This document shows, piece after piece, positions 49,549-58,525 of a DNA stretch of 64,000 nucleotides. A model generated the notes under the pieces. That model saw only the letters and a program-made list of their open reading frames with translations. It did not search any database and had not been told where the DNA came from. The DNA is from Octopus sinensis. Its lineage: Eukaryota. The position numbers and the translations under genes were made by a program. Where the stretch lies: contig NC_043001.1 of the NCBI RefSeq assembly GCF_006345805.1, forward strand, positions 134,850,001 through 134,914,000, in the 5' to 3' direction. Position 1 is the first letter of the stretch. Each line of letters begins with the position of its first letter.

Positions 49549-50413
49549 GCTGGACTCAAGAGTCATCTTTGTAGTCATAAAGCGAGACAGATGAGTGACA
49601 ACCTGGCCACTGGTGGTGGTGTAACACACCATACTAATCATATCTGTCGGGCATGTGGAAGAGAGTGTAATTCGGCAGGAGGACTTAAACGACATGCAAA
49701 GGTACATGAAGCCCAGTTACAACTACAGCCGGCTATTACCGGTAAAGGTCTTAGTTGCCAATTCTGTACAAGACATTGTAGATCTTTGGCTGGGCTAAAA
49801 AGTCACATTCGATCACAGCACCAGTAACAGTTAAGCTTCGTGCAATGGCCATACTTGATAACAGGGGGGCAGCCATAATGTATGTATGTATGTATGTATG
49901 TATGTATGTATGTATGTATAGATATATATATGTGTGTCTCTGTGTGTGTGTACATGTGCATGCATGTGTGTATCTAGGTGTGTGTGTGTATATATATAAG
50001 ATGCATACACATTAATAAAGAAACAAAACATAATCTATAATATGAGTAGCTAATTAGTAGTCATGGATGCTTCCAGCAACCCCTGATTATAAAAGGAGTA
50101 AGATAAAAACAAAGAAATAGTAAAAAAAAAGGACAAACCACTCATTTATTTTGATATTTTCAATTAAGCTGTTTCCTATTTTGAACCAGGTCTTAAATAT
50201 AAAATACCTTCTTGGTCTATATAAATATTTGAAAGTATTTCAAGGGCATTTGAAATATTTACAATTTTATCAAAGTATAGAATGAAGGTTTTTATACTTA
50301 CAAGATGAAGAAATTACTTGTGAAAATACAAGCAAAATGAGACATATTACAAAGGTGCTTTTTCTTGATACCATGGCTGAGCCACTTCTGACCACTATAA
50401 GGCCTCTTTCTTC
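1581..50413 (-). CDS. Nrg: Neuroglian / L1CAM-family cell adhesion molecule gene (signal peptide, 6 Ig, 5 FNIII; TM and cytoplasmic exons outside window)
   Basis: 20 exons joined by hand with AG acceptors, GT donors (one GC) and matching phases, about 1153 codons. L1-family hallmarks include GNLYFANV (Ig2), [10 protein letters not shown] (cf. FASNKLG, Ig1), [18 protein letters not shown] (Ig4), [14 protein letters not shown] (FN2) and TPEG at the end of FN3. Confidence 0.93.
2125..2224. repeat. (GT)n(GA)n microsatellite; other simple repeats at about 425-515 (AAT), 30290-30345 (AAT), 51135-51205 (GA), 54775-54812 (AAT) and 60110-60199 (CT/TA)
   Basis: Directly visible. Confidence 0.95.
2310..2438 (-). 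CDS. Nrg: Neuroglian exon, FNIII-5 N-half (MPIVPDW...SLNVSWK...VVEYRKL)
   Basis: 129 nt, phase 1 to 1, G|GTATGT donor. Confidence 0.9.
2617..2799 (-). CDS. Nrg: Neuroglian exon, FNIII-4 C-half (NGLKVSP...[23 protein letters not shown]...TTDAG)
   Basis: 183 nt, phase 1 to 1. Confidence 0.95.
2934..3056 (-). CDS. Nrg: Neuroglian exon, FNIII-4 N-half (PGKVHSF...[22 protein letters not shown])
   Basis: 123 nt, phase 1 to 1; WxPP-NGxLxGY motif. Confidence 0.94.
4983..5217 (-). CDS. Nrg: Neuroglian exon, FNIII-3 C-half (ILFWKPG...[15 protein letters not shown]...LPAYSNF...VQTPEG)
   Basis: 235 nt, phase 0 to 1, ttctag acceptor, G|GTCAGT donor. Not in the ORF track. Confidence 0.93.
5675..6042 (+). 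mobile_element. tRNA-derived SINE family A, nested inside a family C SINE
   Basis: A box TGGCCCAGTGGTTAG, B box GGTTTCGATTCC, TSD atgaccgat; near-identical to six other copies. Confidence 0.9.
6345..7150 (-). mobile_element. RTE-clade LINE relic (RT fragment plus 3' UTR)
   Basis: Minus-strand translation gives [16 protein letters not shown] and a frameshifted CPWELL(Y)ADDL-like region; 3' UTR motif ggatgcccttcctaacgccaacc. Confidence 0.85.
7346..7476 (-). CDS. Nrg: Neuroglian exon, FNIII-3 N-half (PLEVPGNF...ARFRWDPV...MRGVFKGYR)
   Basis: 131 nt, phase 1 to 0. Confidence 0.93.
8340..8565 (-). CDS. Nrg: Neuroglian exon, FNIII-2 ([14 protein letters not shown]...[15 protein letters not shown]...YSGED)
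   Basis: 226 nt, phase 0 to 1; the YSGED linker is typical of the L1 family. Confidence 0.96.
8677..9060 (-). mobile_element. Non-autonomous Helitron
   Basis: Minus strand begins TC and ends CTAG, inserted in A|T; hairpin CCCGAGCAACGCCGGG 8 nt before CTAG. Confidence 0.85.
9800..10190. mobile_element. Degenerate inverted-repeat element (unclassified MITE)
   Basis: 16-bp TIR aag(g/a)ggcagtgcccat at 9810-9825 and 10165-10180, extending outward with transitions; no TSD found. Confidence 0.45.
10335..10526. mobile_element. piggyBac-type MITE
   Basis: TTAA|CCCTTTAG...CTAAAGGG|TTAA. Confidence 0.85.
10563..10927 (-). CDS. Nrg: Neuroglian exon, FNIII-1 and start of FNIII-2 (PPDPPIDV...[19 protein letters not shown]...VVVWD)
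   Basis: 365 nt, phase 1 to 0; ORF 10527-11024. Confidence 0.96.
11345..11840. repeat. Long compound (TA)n/(CATA)n microsatellite
   Basis: Directly visible. Confidence 0.95.
12343..12680 (+). mobile_element. tRNA-derived SINE family D
   Basis: A box TGGCTCAGTGGTTAG. Central gtgttgtgttcttgagcaaggcacttt segment resembles conserved SINE core domains (class not determined). Confidence 0.85.
12800..13212 (-). mobile_element. SINE family C (older copy)
   Basis: Colinear similarity to 24914-25332. Confidence 0.8.
13404..13688 (-). CDS. Nrg: Neuroglian exon, Ig6 ([10 protein letters not shown]...FTCYAITD...[25 protein letters not shown])
   Basis: 285 nt, phase 1 to 1; complete Ig domain. Confidence 0.95.
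14891..15279 (-). mobile_element. SINE family A
   Basis: Full length; imperfect TSD actcatg(a/t)cagt. Confidence 0.9.
15603..15693 (-). CDS. Nrg: Neuroglian exon, Ig5 C-part ([30 protein letters not shown])
   Basis: 91 nt, phase 0 to 1; DSGEYTC motif. Confidence 0.95.
15790..16112 (+). mobile_element. RTE 3' end with (GAT)n tail
   Basis: Shared 3' UTR ending gctagcatggaaagcggacgttaaacgatgatg. Confidence 0.85.
16675..16895. mobile_element. piggyBac-type MITE (opposite orientation)
   Basis: TTAA TSD, CCCTTTAG TIR. Confidence 0.85.
17379..17716 (-). mobile_element. SINE family D
   Basis: Reverse-complement similarity to 12343-12680. Confidence 0.82.
17984..18165 (-). CDS. Nrg: Neuroglian exon, Ig5 N-part (IPPSFMQG...[20 protein letters not shown]...GALKIT)
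   Basis: 182 nt, phase 1 to 0, canonical sites. Confidence 0.95.
18577..18961 (-). mobile_element. SINE family A
   Basis: Full length; lies between 130-bp direct repeats. Confidence 0.9.
19634..19991 (-). mobile_element. RTE 3' end with (GAT)n tail
   Basis: Same family in reverse orientation. Confidence 0.85.
20082..20225 (-). CDS. Nrg: Neuroglian exon, Ig4 C-half (VPPRVNQ...[25 protein letters not shown])
   Basis: 144 nt, phase 1 to 1; typical L1 Ig4 CNASN motif. Confidence 0.95.
20407..20793 (-). mobile_element. SINE family A
   Basis: Full length; 12-bp TSD gaatacttatta. Confidence 0.92.
22242..22373 (-). CDS. Nrg: Neuroglian exon, Ig4 N-half ([11 protein letters not shown]...[23 protein letters not shown]), GC donor
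   Basis: 132 nt, phase 1 to 1; the only good phase-1 donor is T|GCAAGT. Confidence 0.9.
22610..22800 (-). CDS. Nrg: Neuroglian exon, Ig3 C-half (PTPTVVWKR...[13 protein letters not shown]...KVTVA)
   Basis: 191 nt, phase 2 to 1; DxGxYxC motif. Confidence 0.95.
23037..23845. mobile_element. piggyBac-type MITE interrupted by an RTE 3' fragment (about 23090-23665)
   Basis: TTAA|CCCTTTAG left end, CTAAAGGC|TTAA right end; halves match the 16675 copy. Confidence 0.75.
23989..24091 (-). CDS. Nrg: Neuroglian exon, Ig3 N-half ([35 protein letters not shown])
   Basis: 103 nt, phase 1 to 2, tttttcag acceptor, AA|GTATGT donor; CIFSG motif. Confidence 0.92.
24914..25332 (+). mobile_element. tRNA-derived SINE family C (head ggagtggctgtgtggtaagtagc, internal CA/TA microsatellite, (gagtaaaa)n tail)
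   Basis: B box GGTTCAGTCC. Fragmentary copies also at about 4668-4798, 5565-6105, 11842-11990, 18248-18440, 19133-19300 and 50575-50745. Confidence 0.88.
25349..25483 (-). CDS. Nrg: Neuroglian exon, Ig2 C-half ([29 protein letters not shown]...EAVS)
   Basis: 135 nt, phase 1 to 1; GNLYFANV is the L1-family Ig2 signature. Not in the ORF track. Confidence 0.95.
25589..25978 (-). mobile_element. SINE family A
   Basis: Full length; TSD (c)tttaggata(gt). Confidence 0.92.
26246..26628 (-). mobile_element. Non-autonomous Helitron
   Basis: Same termini and hairpin; A|T target. Confidence 0.85.
26695..27235 (+). mobile_element. mariner transposase relic
   Basis: [30 protein letters not shown] and VMLSM*WD motifs with stops. 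Confidence 0.8.
27786..28084 (-). mobile_element. SINE family A, 5'-truncated
   Basis: Lacks the tRNA-like head; body nearly identical to the other copies. Confidence 0.88.
28319..28698 (-). CDS. Nrg: Neuroglian exon, Ig1 C-half and Ig2 N-half (YTWYKNG...[10 protein letters not shown]...[16 protein letters not shown]...RISMDYE)
   Basis: 380 nt, phase 2 to 1; ORF 28272-28733; canonical splice sites. Confidence 0.95.
28824..29109. mobile_element. hAT (Charlie-like) MITE
   Basis: TIR cagtggtacctaaa / cagaggttcccaaa; 8-bp near-TSD acctaaag / atctaaat. Confidence 0.7.
29770..30289 (+). mobile_element. RTE 3' end with an internal duplicated 70-bp block, inserted in (AAT)n
   Basis: Block aaatcgaattgaaccagccagg...gactcgtggccg occurs twice; (GAT)n tail. 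Confidence 0.85.
30374..30640 (+). mobile_element. CR1-clade LINE 3' fragment
   Basis: [10 protein letters not shown]...[21 protein letters not shown]; (TTA)n tail. An older copy lies at about 34770-35020. Confidence 0.85.
30685..30790 (-). CDS. Nrg: Neuroglian exon, Ig1 N-half ([10 protein letters not shown]...[12 protein letters not shown])
   Basis: 106 nt, phase 1 to 2, tttcag acceptor, GA|GTAAGT donor, Ig B-strand Cys. Confidence 0.9.
31047..32100. mobile_element. Tigger/pogo-like TIR pair enclosing a SINE
   Basis: g(c/t)tgaac(t/c)tcactaatctggca inverted at 31050-31071 and near 32078-32099, TA flanks. Could be two separate element ends. Confidence 0.45.
31181..31441 (+). mobile_element. 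SINE family D variant (different 3' tail)
   Basis: 13-bp TSD tattagtttctta; A and B boxes. Confidence 0.88.
33822..33908 (-). CDS. Nrg: Neuroglian candidate 87-nt phase 1-1 exon, N-terminal linker (Y)[28 protein letters not shown]
   Basis: Acceptor ccctttctttcag, donor T|GTAAGT, open frame in the required phase. No domain homology recognised. Confidence 0.55.
36340..37135 (-). mobile_element. Penelope-like element fragment (GIY-YIG C-terminal part and terminus)
   Basis: [29 protein letters not shown]...FRHEQGLI resembles the PLE endonuclease C-terminus; hammerhead-like motif at 36444-36477. Confidence 0.72.
37345..38615 (-). mobile_element. Tc1/mariner-superfamily (maT/DD37D-like) transposase relic
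   Basis: [20 protein letters not shown] (HTH), [17 protein letters not shown] and NIWPPN motifs; frameshifted. Confidence 0.83.
39020..39406 (-). mobile_element. SINE family A
   Basis: Full length; TSD ggtttatcaat. Confidence 0.92.
39781..40028 (-). mobile_element. RTE-like LINE 3' fragment (second family)
   Basis: ORF ...[11 protein letters not shown]...[11 protein letters not shown]...DREVWR; (TGAA)n tail; 11-bp TSD aagtaaatgat. Confidence 0.85.
40303..40762. repeat. 63-bp minisatellite (about 7 units) derived from the RTE 3' UTR subrepeat
   Basis: accatccga starts at 40320, 40381, 40444, 40507, 40570, 40633 and 40696, with a partial at 40759. Confidence 0.92.
42712..43112 (-). mobile_element. 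SINE family C (older copy)
   Basis: Colinear similarity to 24914-25332. Confidence 0.8.
43950..47560 (-). pseudogene. Highly degenerate Penelope-like RT/GIY-YIG relic, split by the RTE at 44982-46570
   Basis: Frameshifted motifs [49 protein letters not shown] and [16 protein letters not shown] match the PLE RT, linker and GIY-YIG lead-in. Confidence 0.68.
44982..46570 (-). mobile_element. RTE LINE relic with RT and C-terminal region, inserted in a Penelope relic
   Basis: [24 protein letters not shown] and GRGRPRKTW motifs; (GAT)n tail at 44982. Confidence 0.87.
47971..48225. mobile_element. Foldback (long inverted repeat) element with hammerhead-ribozyme-like arms, PLE-related
   Basis: Arms of about 120 nt are reverse complements around a 16-nt loop (48092-48107); (TA)n on both sides. 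Confidence 0.75.
48524..48921 (-). mobile_element. SINE family C (young, full length)
   Basis: Nearly identical to the reverse complement of 24914-25332. Confidence 0.9.
49546..49877 (+). mobile_element. LINE 3' fragment encoding C-terminal C2H2 zinc fingers, embedded in (TATG)n
   Basis: ORF with [21 protein letters not shown] and [22 protein letters not shown]; no HTGEKP linker; short 3' UTR then (TATG)n. Confidence 0.7.
50302..50374 (-). CDS. Nrg: Neuroglian exon: start codon and signal peptide [24 protein letters not shown] (exon 50302-50413 including 5' leader)
   Basis: Acceptor tttgtttgtttgtag at 50414, gccATGG start context, basic N-terminus plus hydrophobic core, phase-1 donor T|GTAAGT compatible with the downstream phase-1 acceptors. 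Confidence 0.8.
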
Positions 50414-50745
50414 CTACAAACAAACAAACAAATATATTAGTTTTTTGGAATTTGAGTTAAAAAAAAAAAGAGAGATATGTCAAATGGAAAAATTAAATTC
50501 TGAAATAAAAGGAACGAAATATAACTTCAATTGATTTAAAGTTGAAGTTATACAGTCACGGCAGCGCAGTATAATTTTTTAAAGGCAGTGCTCCAGCATG
50601 GCCACAGTCAAATGACTGAAACCAGTAAAAGAGTAAAAAAAAAGAGAGATAGTCAACTGATTATGATTCTTTACAGCTACTTGCGAGAGCAGTGTGCAAA
50701 TGTTTGTGCATGTGTGTGTGATATATATATATATATATATATATA

Positions 50746-51129
50746 CTAGCAGTATCGCCCGGCGTTGCTTGGGTTTGTAAGGGAAATAACTATAAAGCAT
50801 TTTTAGAGAGTTATAGCCAAAAAAATAGCAAAAAAATGCATTAAAAATGGGAAAAAAATGATGGTAAATTTTTTTTTAAATCGTTGACTCATCGTAGACA
50901 TTTTTAGAGAGTTACTTCCCTTATATAATAGCGAAAAAATGCATTAAAATGGAAAAAAATGATGGTAAATTATTTTTAAAATTGTAGACGCGCGCTAATA
51001 CCCAGAAGGGCTCGATATGAATCACGACTATAAGATACCCGGTTTTGGTTAAACTGCACCGCAAAATGTGGGAGTAGTTAGGAATCTAAATCGTAGGAGA
51101 CATACACACCTTACTTTTATATATAAAGA
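50746..51129 (-). mobile_element. Non-autonomous Helitron, inserted in the (TA)n of a family C SINE
   Basis: Same termini; A|T target. Confidence 0.85.
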
Positions 51130-51132
51130 TAT

Positions 51133-51207
<75 letters not shown>

Positions 51208-51692
51208 GGACCTCGTGAGTCAGAGTGGCTGTTCTAGTGCATCACCCTTGCCATCCACTAGGGCAACACCTTTTCAATTTTGTATACCAGGACCACGAGA
51301 TGTGAATTACAATTAACAACCATAACAACAAAACTAAATATGCACTGATGATAACATCTGTACCATCAGTTGTTAAAAACTGACTTCATAGAAAGAGAGG
51401 AAAGAAACAAAAAACAAGCTGACCGACAGAAGAAAACAAGATGACGAGGATAATCAAGTAAACTTCTCATTATAATTACAAGGGAAATGTCTTACCATGT
51501 CAATTAATTATAGCAATAATATTATTATTCTCTCTCACCAGTATCATTGTCATCAGGTTTTGGTATGTTTTTGCTCAGTACTGATATTAACTGTTGTTGT
51601 AGTTTAGCCCCAGTGCATCTAGGACTACATTTATTCTATGTGCTCTTCTTTTTTTTCTCTAAAATATAGGGAATGAGTTAAAAGAGATTTAA

Positions 51693-51911
51693 CCCTTTAG
51701 TATTTAAACCAGCCATATCCGGCCAAAATATTTAATCTGTTTTATGTTCAAACTGACCAGATCCAGGCCCTCACACCTGCCCTACAATGTTATTCTACAT
51801 TAAGTAATTACACCATCAAGATCTTGAAGATATGAGATAATGCATGATTAATTCAAATCAATGGGAATCAATAAGCATTATGTTTGATAGAATAATCTGA
51901 ACACTAAAGGG
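51693..51911. mobile_element. piggyBac-type MITE
   Basis: TTAA TSD, TIR; near-identical to the 10335 copy. A partial copy lies at 53712-53922. Confidence 0.87.
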
Positions 51912-52358
51912 TTAATTGCTAATTCTAATAGGTTGAGGGGCTGCATAGAGGCTTCCTGGTTAGCTCTGACATAGTAGAATGAACCGCCAAACTAGTCAGT
52001 CTTTTTAGTATTTTATGTACCAACTATATCTTTTTTTTCATTTAACAAGCTAAAGGAGTTTCAACAAAGCCACTCACATTAGTCAAAAATAGTAACCAAA
52101 TCTCCCTTAAATTAAAATCCCACCATCTTAAACAATGTAAGACACATAAGAAATGTAATATTCTAGACCCTTCTTTAAAAATAGCATTGTCATGTCGGGA
52201 ATATACATGATTATAGGTGTACCTAATCAGGACTAATTTGGAGCTAAACAAAAAAATTTTTTTTTAATTACCTCTGATGATTTTAGTATTTTTATTTAAA
52301 CAAAGTATTCCATTTATTTTTACATCATTAAAAATGGTGAATATTTAGAAACAATAAC

Positions 52359-52601
52359 TGGCCTCGTGCCGGTGGCACGTAAAAAGCACCATCTGTTCGT
52401 GGCCGTTTGCCAGCTCCGTCTGGCACCTGTGCGGGTGACACGTAAAAAGCACCCACTACACTCACGGAGTGGTTGGCGTTAGGAAGGGCATCCAGCCGTA
52501 GAAACACTGCCAGATCTGACTAGGCCTGATGAAGCCTTCCGGCTTCACAGACCCCAGTTGAACCGTCCAACCCATGCTAGCATGGAAAACGGATGCTAAA
52601 C

Positions 52602-52642
<41 letters not shown>
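52359..52642 (+). mobile_element. RTE 3' end with (GAT)n tail
   Basis: Same family. Confidence 0.85.
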
Positions 52643-52643
<1 letters not shown>

Positions 52644-53099
52644 TAATTTAAAAATTGGTTAGGATTAGTGAGAGGAAGAACATCTAGTCATAGAATCCTG
52701 TCTTAAATATATCTCTGTTCGAATCATAACTAACATGGAAAAACAGACACGAAAGAAAAGAATGAATAATTGTTTCTAAAATTGTTTACAACATGGTGAC
52801 AACGTGACAAATTTGTGGGGAGCAATTAGTTAATTTGATACCAGTAGTTGATTAGTACTTTATTTTATCAATCCCTGAAAGATGTAAAATAATGTTAACC
52901 TGGTGTGATCTGAACTCAGAATGTAAAGAAACAGAATATATTTTGTTCCATGCTGTTACTATTTTGCCAATCCACCGTCCAAAACAGTAATAATTATTTC
53001 AAATATTGGCATAATGCTGGAAATCTGTGGGTGGGGTGGAAGGAGCAGTTAATTATGTTGACCGCCCCCAATGTACTTTATTTTATTGACTTTGGAAGG

Positions 53100-53452
53100 A
53101 TCATCATCATCATCATCATCGTTTAATGTCCGTTCTCCATGCTAGCATGGGTTGGACGGTTCAACCGGGGATCTGGGAAGCCAGAAGGCTGCACCAGGCT
53201 CCGGTCTTATCTGGCAGTGTTTCTACAGCTGGATGCCCTTCCTAACGCCAACCACTCCGTGAGTGTAGTGGGTGCTTTTTATGTGCCACCTGCACAGGTG
53301 CCAGGCGAGGCTAGCAATGGCCATGGTCGGATTGGTGCATTTTACGTTCCACTGGCACGGAAGCCAGTCGAGGCGGCGCTGGCATCGGCCACGAGTCGGA
53401 TAATGCTTTTTACATACCACCAGTCCAGGGGTCCTGGCTGGTTCAATTCAAT
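53100..53452 (-). mobile_element. RTE 3' end inserted in a family E SINE
   Basis: Same family; the SINE sequence resumes at about 53453. Confidence 0.83.
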
Positions 53453-53974
53453 GACCTCAGTAGGATTTTAATGTGTTATAATAAAAATAGTAATAATAAA
53501 AAAAAAAAACAGAAAGACACTTTTTTTTAATTAAAGATTCTGCTATTTTACCATCTTAAATCTTATAATAATTGTTATTTTTAATTTAAGCCAGTAACTT
53601 TGAAGGTGAGGTATTTAGTCAATTTCATTGACCCAGAGTTTGCTTGGTAGCTTATTTTATCAATCCAGGAGGGATAGAATGACAGGCAAAGTTAACTTCA
53701 GTAAGATTTATTAAACCAGCTATATCTGGCCCAAATATTCTACTTGTTTTATGTTCAAACTGGTCTGAGCTGTCCTCTTACACCTAACCTACAATGTCAA
53801 TCTGAAAATAAAACAATCACACCGCCAAAATCTCAAGGCCACAAAATAATGTATTGTTAATTCAAAATAGTGTGAATAAATAAGTATTACATTTGACAGA
53901 GTAATCTGAATACTAAAGGATTAAGTACTGAGGTTGATGTAACCAACTTGTCCCCCTCCCTTCAACATTATTGG

Positions 53975-54262
53975 TCTTACTCTTTACTCTTTTACTTGTG
54001 ATGGGGACGTAAACACACCAGCATCGGTTGTCAAGCAATGCTAGGGGGACAAACACAGACACACAAACACACACACACATATATATATATACATACATAC
54101 GACAGGCTTCTTTCAGTTTCCGTCTACCAAATCCACTCACAAGGCATTGGTCGGCCCGGGGCTATAGCAGAAAACACTTGCCCAAGGTGCCATGCAGTGG
54201 GACTGAACCCAGAACCATGTGGTTGGTTAGCAAGCTACTTACCACACAGCCACTCCTGCGCC
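53975..54262 (-). mobile_element. SINE family C (internally deleted)
   Basis: Head and tail match 48524-48921. Confidence 0.85.
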
Positions 54263-54773
54263 TTGTGCCACTATTATTACTATTGTGGAGATCCATGAGA
54301 ATTGTTCTCTAGGATAATAAAAATAATTATCCTTTCTACTAAAGGCACAAGGCCTGAAATTTTGGGGACGGGATCTAGTTGATTACATCGACCCCAACGT
54401 TTCACTGGTACTTAATTTATTGACACTGAAAGGATGAAAGGCAAAGTCGGCTTTGGAGGGATTTGAACTCAGAATGTAGCAGCAGATGAAATACTGCTAA
54501 GCATATCGCCAAGTGTGCTAACAATTCTGCTAGCTTGCCTAGGGTAATAATAACGACAACAACCATCTTTATGACTATAGACATAAGGCCTGAAATTCAG
54601 AGTGGGGGAAAATCGATTACATTGACCGCAATTCTTGACTGACACTTATTTTATCAATTCCCAAAAGATGAAGGAGACAGTGAACCTTGGTAGAATTTGA
54701 ACTTGGAATGTAAAGACATGAAATTCCACTAAGCATTTTGTCCAGCATGCCAACAATACTCTAGTTCACTGCC

Positions 54774-54816
<43 letters not shown>

Positions 54817-55661
54817 GAATAGTAATTACTATTAAAGTGGCAAGCTATCAGAATCATTAGCATACCAGATAACATGCTTAGTGGCTTTCTTCTGGGTCTT
54901 TATGGTTTAAGTTCAAATTCCATCAGAGTCAACTTTGCTTTTCATCCTTTCAAGGTCAATAAAAATAAGTACCAGTCAAGCATTGAGGATGATGTAATCA
55001 ACTTACCCCAGCCTAAATTTGCTGGTCTTGTGCCAGAATTTGAAACCATTATTGTAATTATTTCATTTATCCTGACCTTTTAGCAACACCCAAATTCATA
55101 GCATGTCGTAGCAAGTAACTACCATCAGCCATGAAAATTTTAAAAATTATTTCTTAAGTTAGAAAATAACTTACACACAAAAAAAACCATTACAAATATT
55201 ATAAACTATAACATATAGTATACATTTATCAAATTTGGATAAGATCATATATCATGGGGAGGCATAAATACTGATATTTCAAGGAAAGTCCTTTGTCACA
55301 GAGAAAATAGCAAACTAAATTAGATTTTGTGAAACAAGAAGAATAAAACTAAATACTATGAACCATATTGTTGTCTAGCAATGTACAACTGAATTGACCA
55401 TATTCAAGAACAACTCAAAAACAGTTCAGAAATATTGAGATCATACAATTTATTTTTCTTTATATATGTGTTGGCTAATGAGAGGAAATATATGAACTGG
55501 CTTTAAAGAGGTAACTGAAATATTATTGGGTTTTATACATAAATTGTACAAGACCTTCAAATATTAAGATTCTTTTTATTGCTTAATTGTTGCAATATTT
55601 ATAGAAAACCCAAAGAACTAAATGGCATTAATTAGCAAACTGTTTATTTATTACTATTTAA

Positions 55662-55882
55662 CCCTTTCGTTACTGTATTTATTTTGAGATGCTCTGTGTT
55701 TCTTTCAATTATTTTTAATATAACAAAGAATTTAGTAGGATAACTTAGTTATCATTCAGCTAGTTTTAGGAACATAAATTGTGACCAAGGTTTAGTGGAA
55801 GATTTTAATTCAAAACTTATGAAAACAAGACATTTGTACTACAGAGCCACAACCGGTTTCAGCCGGGTTGATAATGAAAGGG
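55662..55882. mobile_element. piggyBac-type MITE, second subfamily
   Basis: TTAA|CCCTTTC...GAAAGGG|TTAA with a different interior. Confidence 0.8.
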
Positions 55883-57213
55883 TTAATCTTTTCATTTTTT
55901 ATCTAGACATGGATCACTCTCTCTCACAGAGTACAACAGAATTATTGAAGGATTATTTAGAAGTAATGTTTCATTGTGTTATATTTTTTTTAGACTAAAC
56001 TACCATGTTGCACCTAATTTAGTGTTGAATCTTGGTACTAAATTTTTTTGCCTTCATAATTTTAGCTTTGCCCCATGTATAAGTTATACCTCAGTATTTT
56101 CAGTTAAAATCAAATATAAAATAGTTTGACTTATACACATGTAAACATGCTAAATAATTAGCATTAGGATAAACGTGGGAGCCGATATATACAAGCAGTT
56201 AATAAATAGGCAAAAGTAATACTGCAAATGTTTATTATCAATATTTAAGCATATTTGCAGATAGGAGATGGTTCATATAGAAGACTGATAGTATAAACTG
56301 CATTAATGCAGGAGTACAGAGATTATGTTTTCCTAATATGATAGGAATATAGGAAATAAGAAAGCAACATTTCATTGTAGGTAACATATTGCCATGAACC
56401 TTTGTTTTTTGTGTTTAGTCTCACTTAAAAATCAACTGAGACTGATAAAAAAATTCAATATATTAAAAATAATCAAATAAAGAATAAAAGAACTTTCTGG
56501 GCCAATTATTTACAAAAAACAAAACAAAAAAAAACCCCAATTAATACTTGAATATACACTGGATATTATTAATTTAGAAAAAATTATGATTGAGTTATTT
56601 ATTCTAAAAGGTTGTTGTAAAAATGAGAAAATATTGTTTTAGAAATAAAACGAAAATGAAGAATCTCATCTCATAGTTTGATTCTCATCTCACAGTTATA
56701 AAAAAAACTAGTTTGACATTGTTCTAGTGATACAATCAGCAACAGATGCTTTCCCCAAATCGCATCAAGAAGCTAAAGCCATTATATGAAGTATAATGCT
56801 TCATATTAGTCTTTTATTGTGACTTTCATGATAATGACAGTTTAAACATTTTTCAAAACTGCATTGTCATTTTATACAACCATGATAAAATTATACTAAT
56901 TACTTTATAATCTATTATTGCAATAACTGTATGCATATTAGTTATTGCTAACTTTTTTTTTTATATCTTAAGCCATCTGACTAGACTTAGCTGATATTAT
57001 TTTTATTCCATACATCATGAAGGAACTTCTAGGTATAGCAACCAAATCTCCCTCAAACCATATGCCACTATTTTCAAAGTATTATACTTTAAATGAAGAT
57101 GGGATGGCTACAGTTTGAAGACCACTGGCTCAAACAGCAACATAATACAAAATAATGAATGACCTAATTATTTTCTTTTGAAATGGTTATGCTATTCATA
57201 TCTTATAAAAAAA

Positions 57214-57466
57214 AATAAATGCACCCTTTTAAAGCCTAGCCAGGCTCATGGGCCCATTTACTCAGTTTCTATGGTGTATATGTTCCCCAGCTGGATGGGA
57301 CACCAGTCCATCACAGCGTTACTCATTTTTGCCAGCTGAGTGGACTGGAGCAATGTGAAATGAAGTGTTTTGCTCAAGAACACAACGCGTTGCCCAGTCC
57401 AGGAATCGAAACCACAATCTTATGATCATGATGCTGACACCCTAACCACTAAGCCATGTGCTTACA
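57214..57466 (-). mobile_element. SINE family D variant
   Basis: TSD catatcttataaaaaaa; matches 31181-31441. Confidence 0.88.
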
Positions 57467-58149
57467 CATATCTTATAAAAAAAGAAAAACAATTCTAAAT
57501 ATTCTAGACCTATGAATAAAAAAAGTTTAAATACAACATAAATTAGAATTGTAAAATAAAATTTCTCACTCAGATAAAGAAGGAGTCAATGAGTTTATTT
57601 ACCTTCACCGTCCTTTAAAAGATAAACACTGATTTTAAATGTATATTGTTGGTATTTTATTGATCCTTGAGAGATAGAATGAAGCATTAGTTGCCACCAG
57701 ATTTCAACTCAGAGGTGAGAAGAATAAAACTAAATACACTAAACTACAGTGTCTCACAATGTACTACCAAATTAGCCATGCCCAGTAGCTACTCTAGAAT
57801 AGTTTAAAATGTCTTAATCTCATACAATTTATCTTTATACATTTGTTGGTTAATGTGAGGAAAGCTTTCTCCTGTTGTAAGAACATTTACTGTAGTCACA
57901 AATTTTATTCCAATATAGTGGACAGAAGAATCACAAGATTTTTGTGAGGAAAACATTTGCAGTTTTTGTTGACTTAATTATCCATGAGCTGCTTTAAGAT
58001 ATTGAATATTTTTTCTAACATGCTAACAAGTGTGTATGTGTGTATGTGCATATACATACATACGTATGAGTGTGTGTGTGTGTTTAATTTTAAATAATGA
58101 TGCATATTTTGGAATAAACTTTAACTAATTGCATGTAAAATACCATTTA

Positions 58150-58525
58150 GAAGCACAAATTCTGGCTAGCTGATTTATGCTTATGGTTTTTTCCCCCACT
58201 GTTTATTCTTGTTTGAGTTCAAAAGGAATGCAAAATAGTGGAAATTGTTCACTATACCAATCAAGCAATTTGCTCAGGGGACTGTCAACACACATAAAAC
58301 TTAACTTTCCTTCCCAAAATTTTGTGGTAGAGATAAGAATCTTGGAGCTGAGGAAGATCACTAAGAACTTTCTGCAATTAACTACCAATTGAGAGTTATT
58401 ACTGAAGTTGGCTCACTCAAAATAATTTAGGAGGTTGCAGAAGAACTAAATGTTCACCACTCAACACTTGTTTAACATTTGCACCTCACTGGAAAGTGAG
58501 AAGAGTTTGATAAATAGGTGTTGTA
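58150..58525 (+). mobile_element. mariner N-terminal relic
   Basis: EVAEELNVHHSTLV*HLHLTGKV-like HTH translation. Confidence 0.6.

Noticed and set aside
49486-49827. Member of the octopus C2H2 zinc-finger gene expansion
   Set aside because: No HTGEKP linkers, start or splice sites; retroelement-type finger consensus and repeat tail.
50519-50552. 11-bp palindrome tataacttcaa/ttgaagttata
   Set aside because: Short and AT-rich; expected by chance or a remnant of a DNA transposon.
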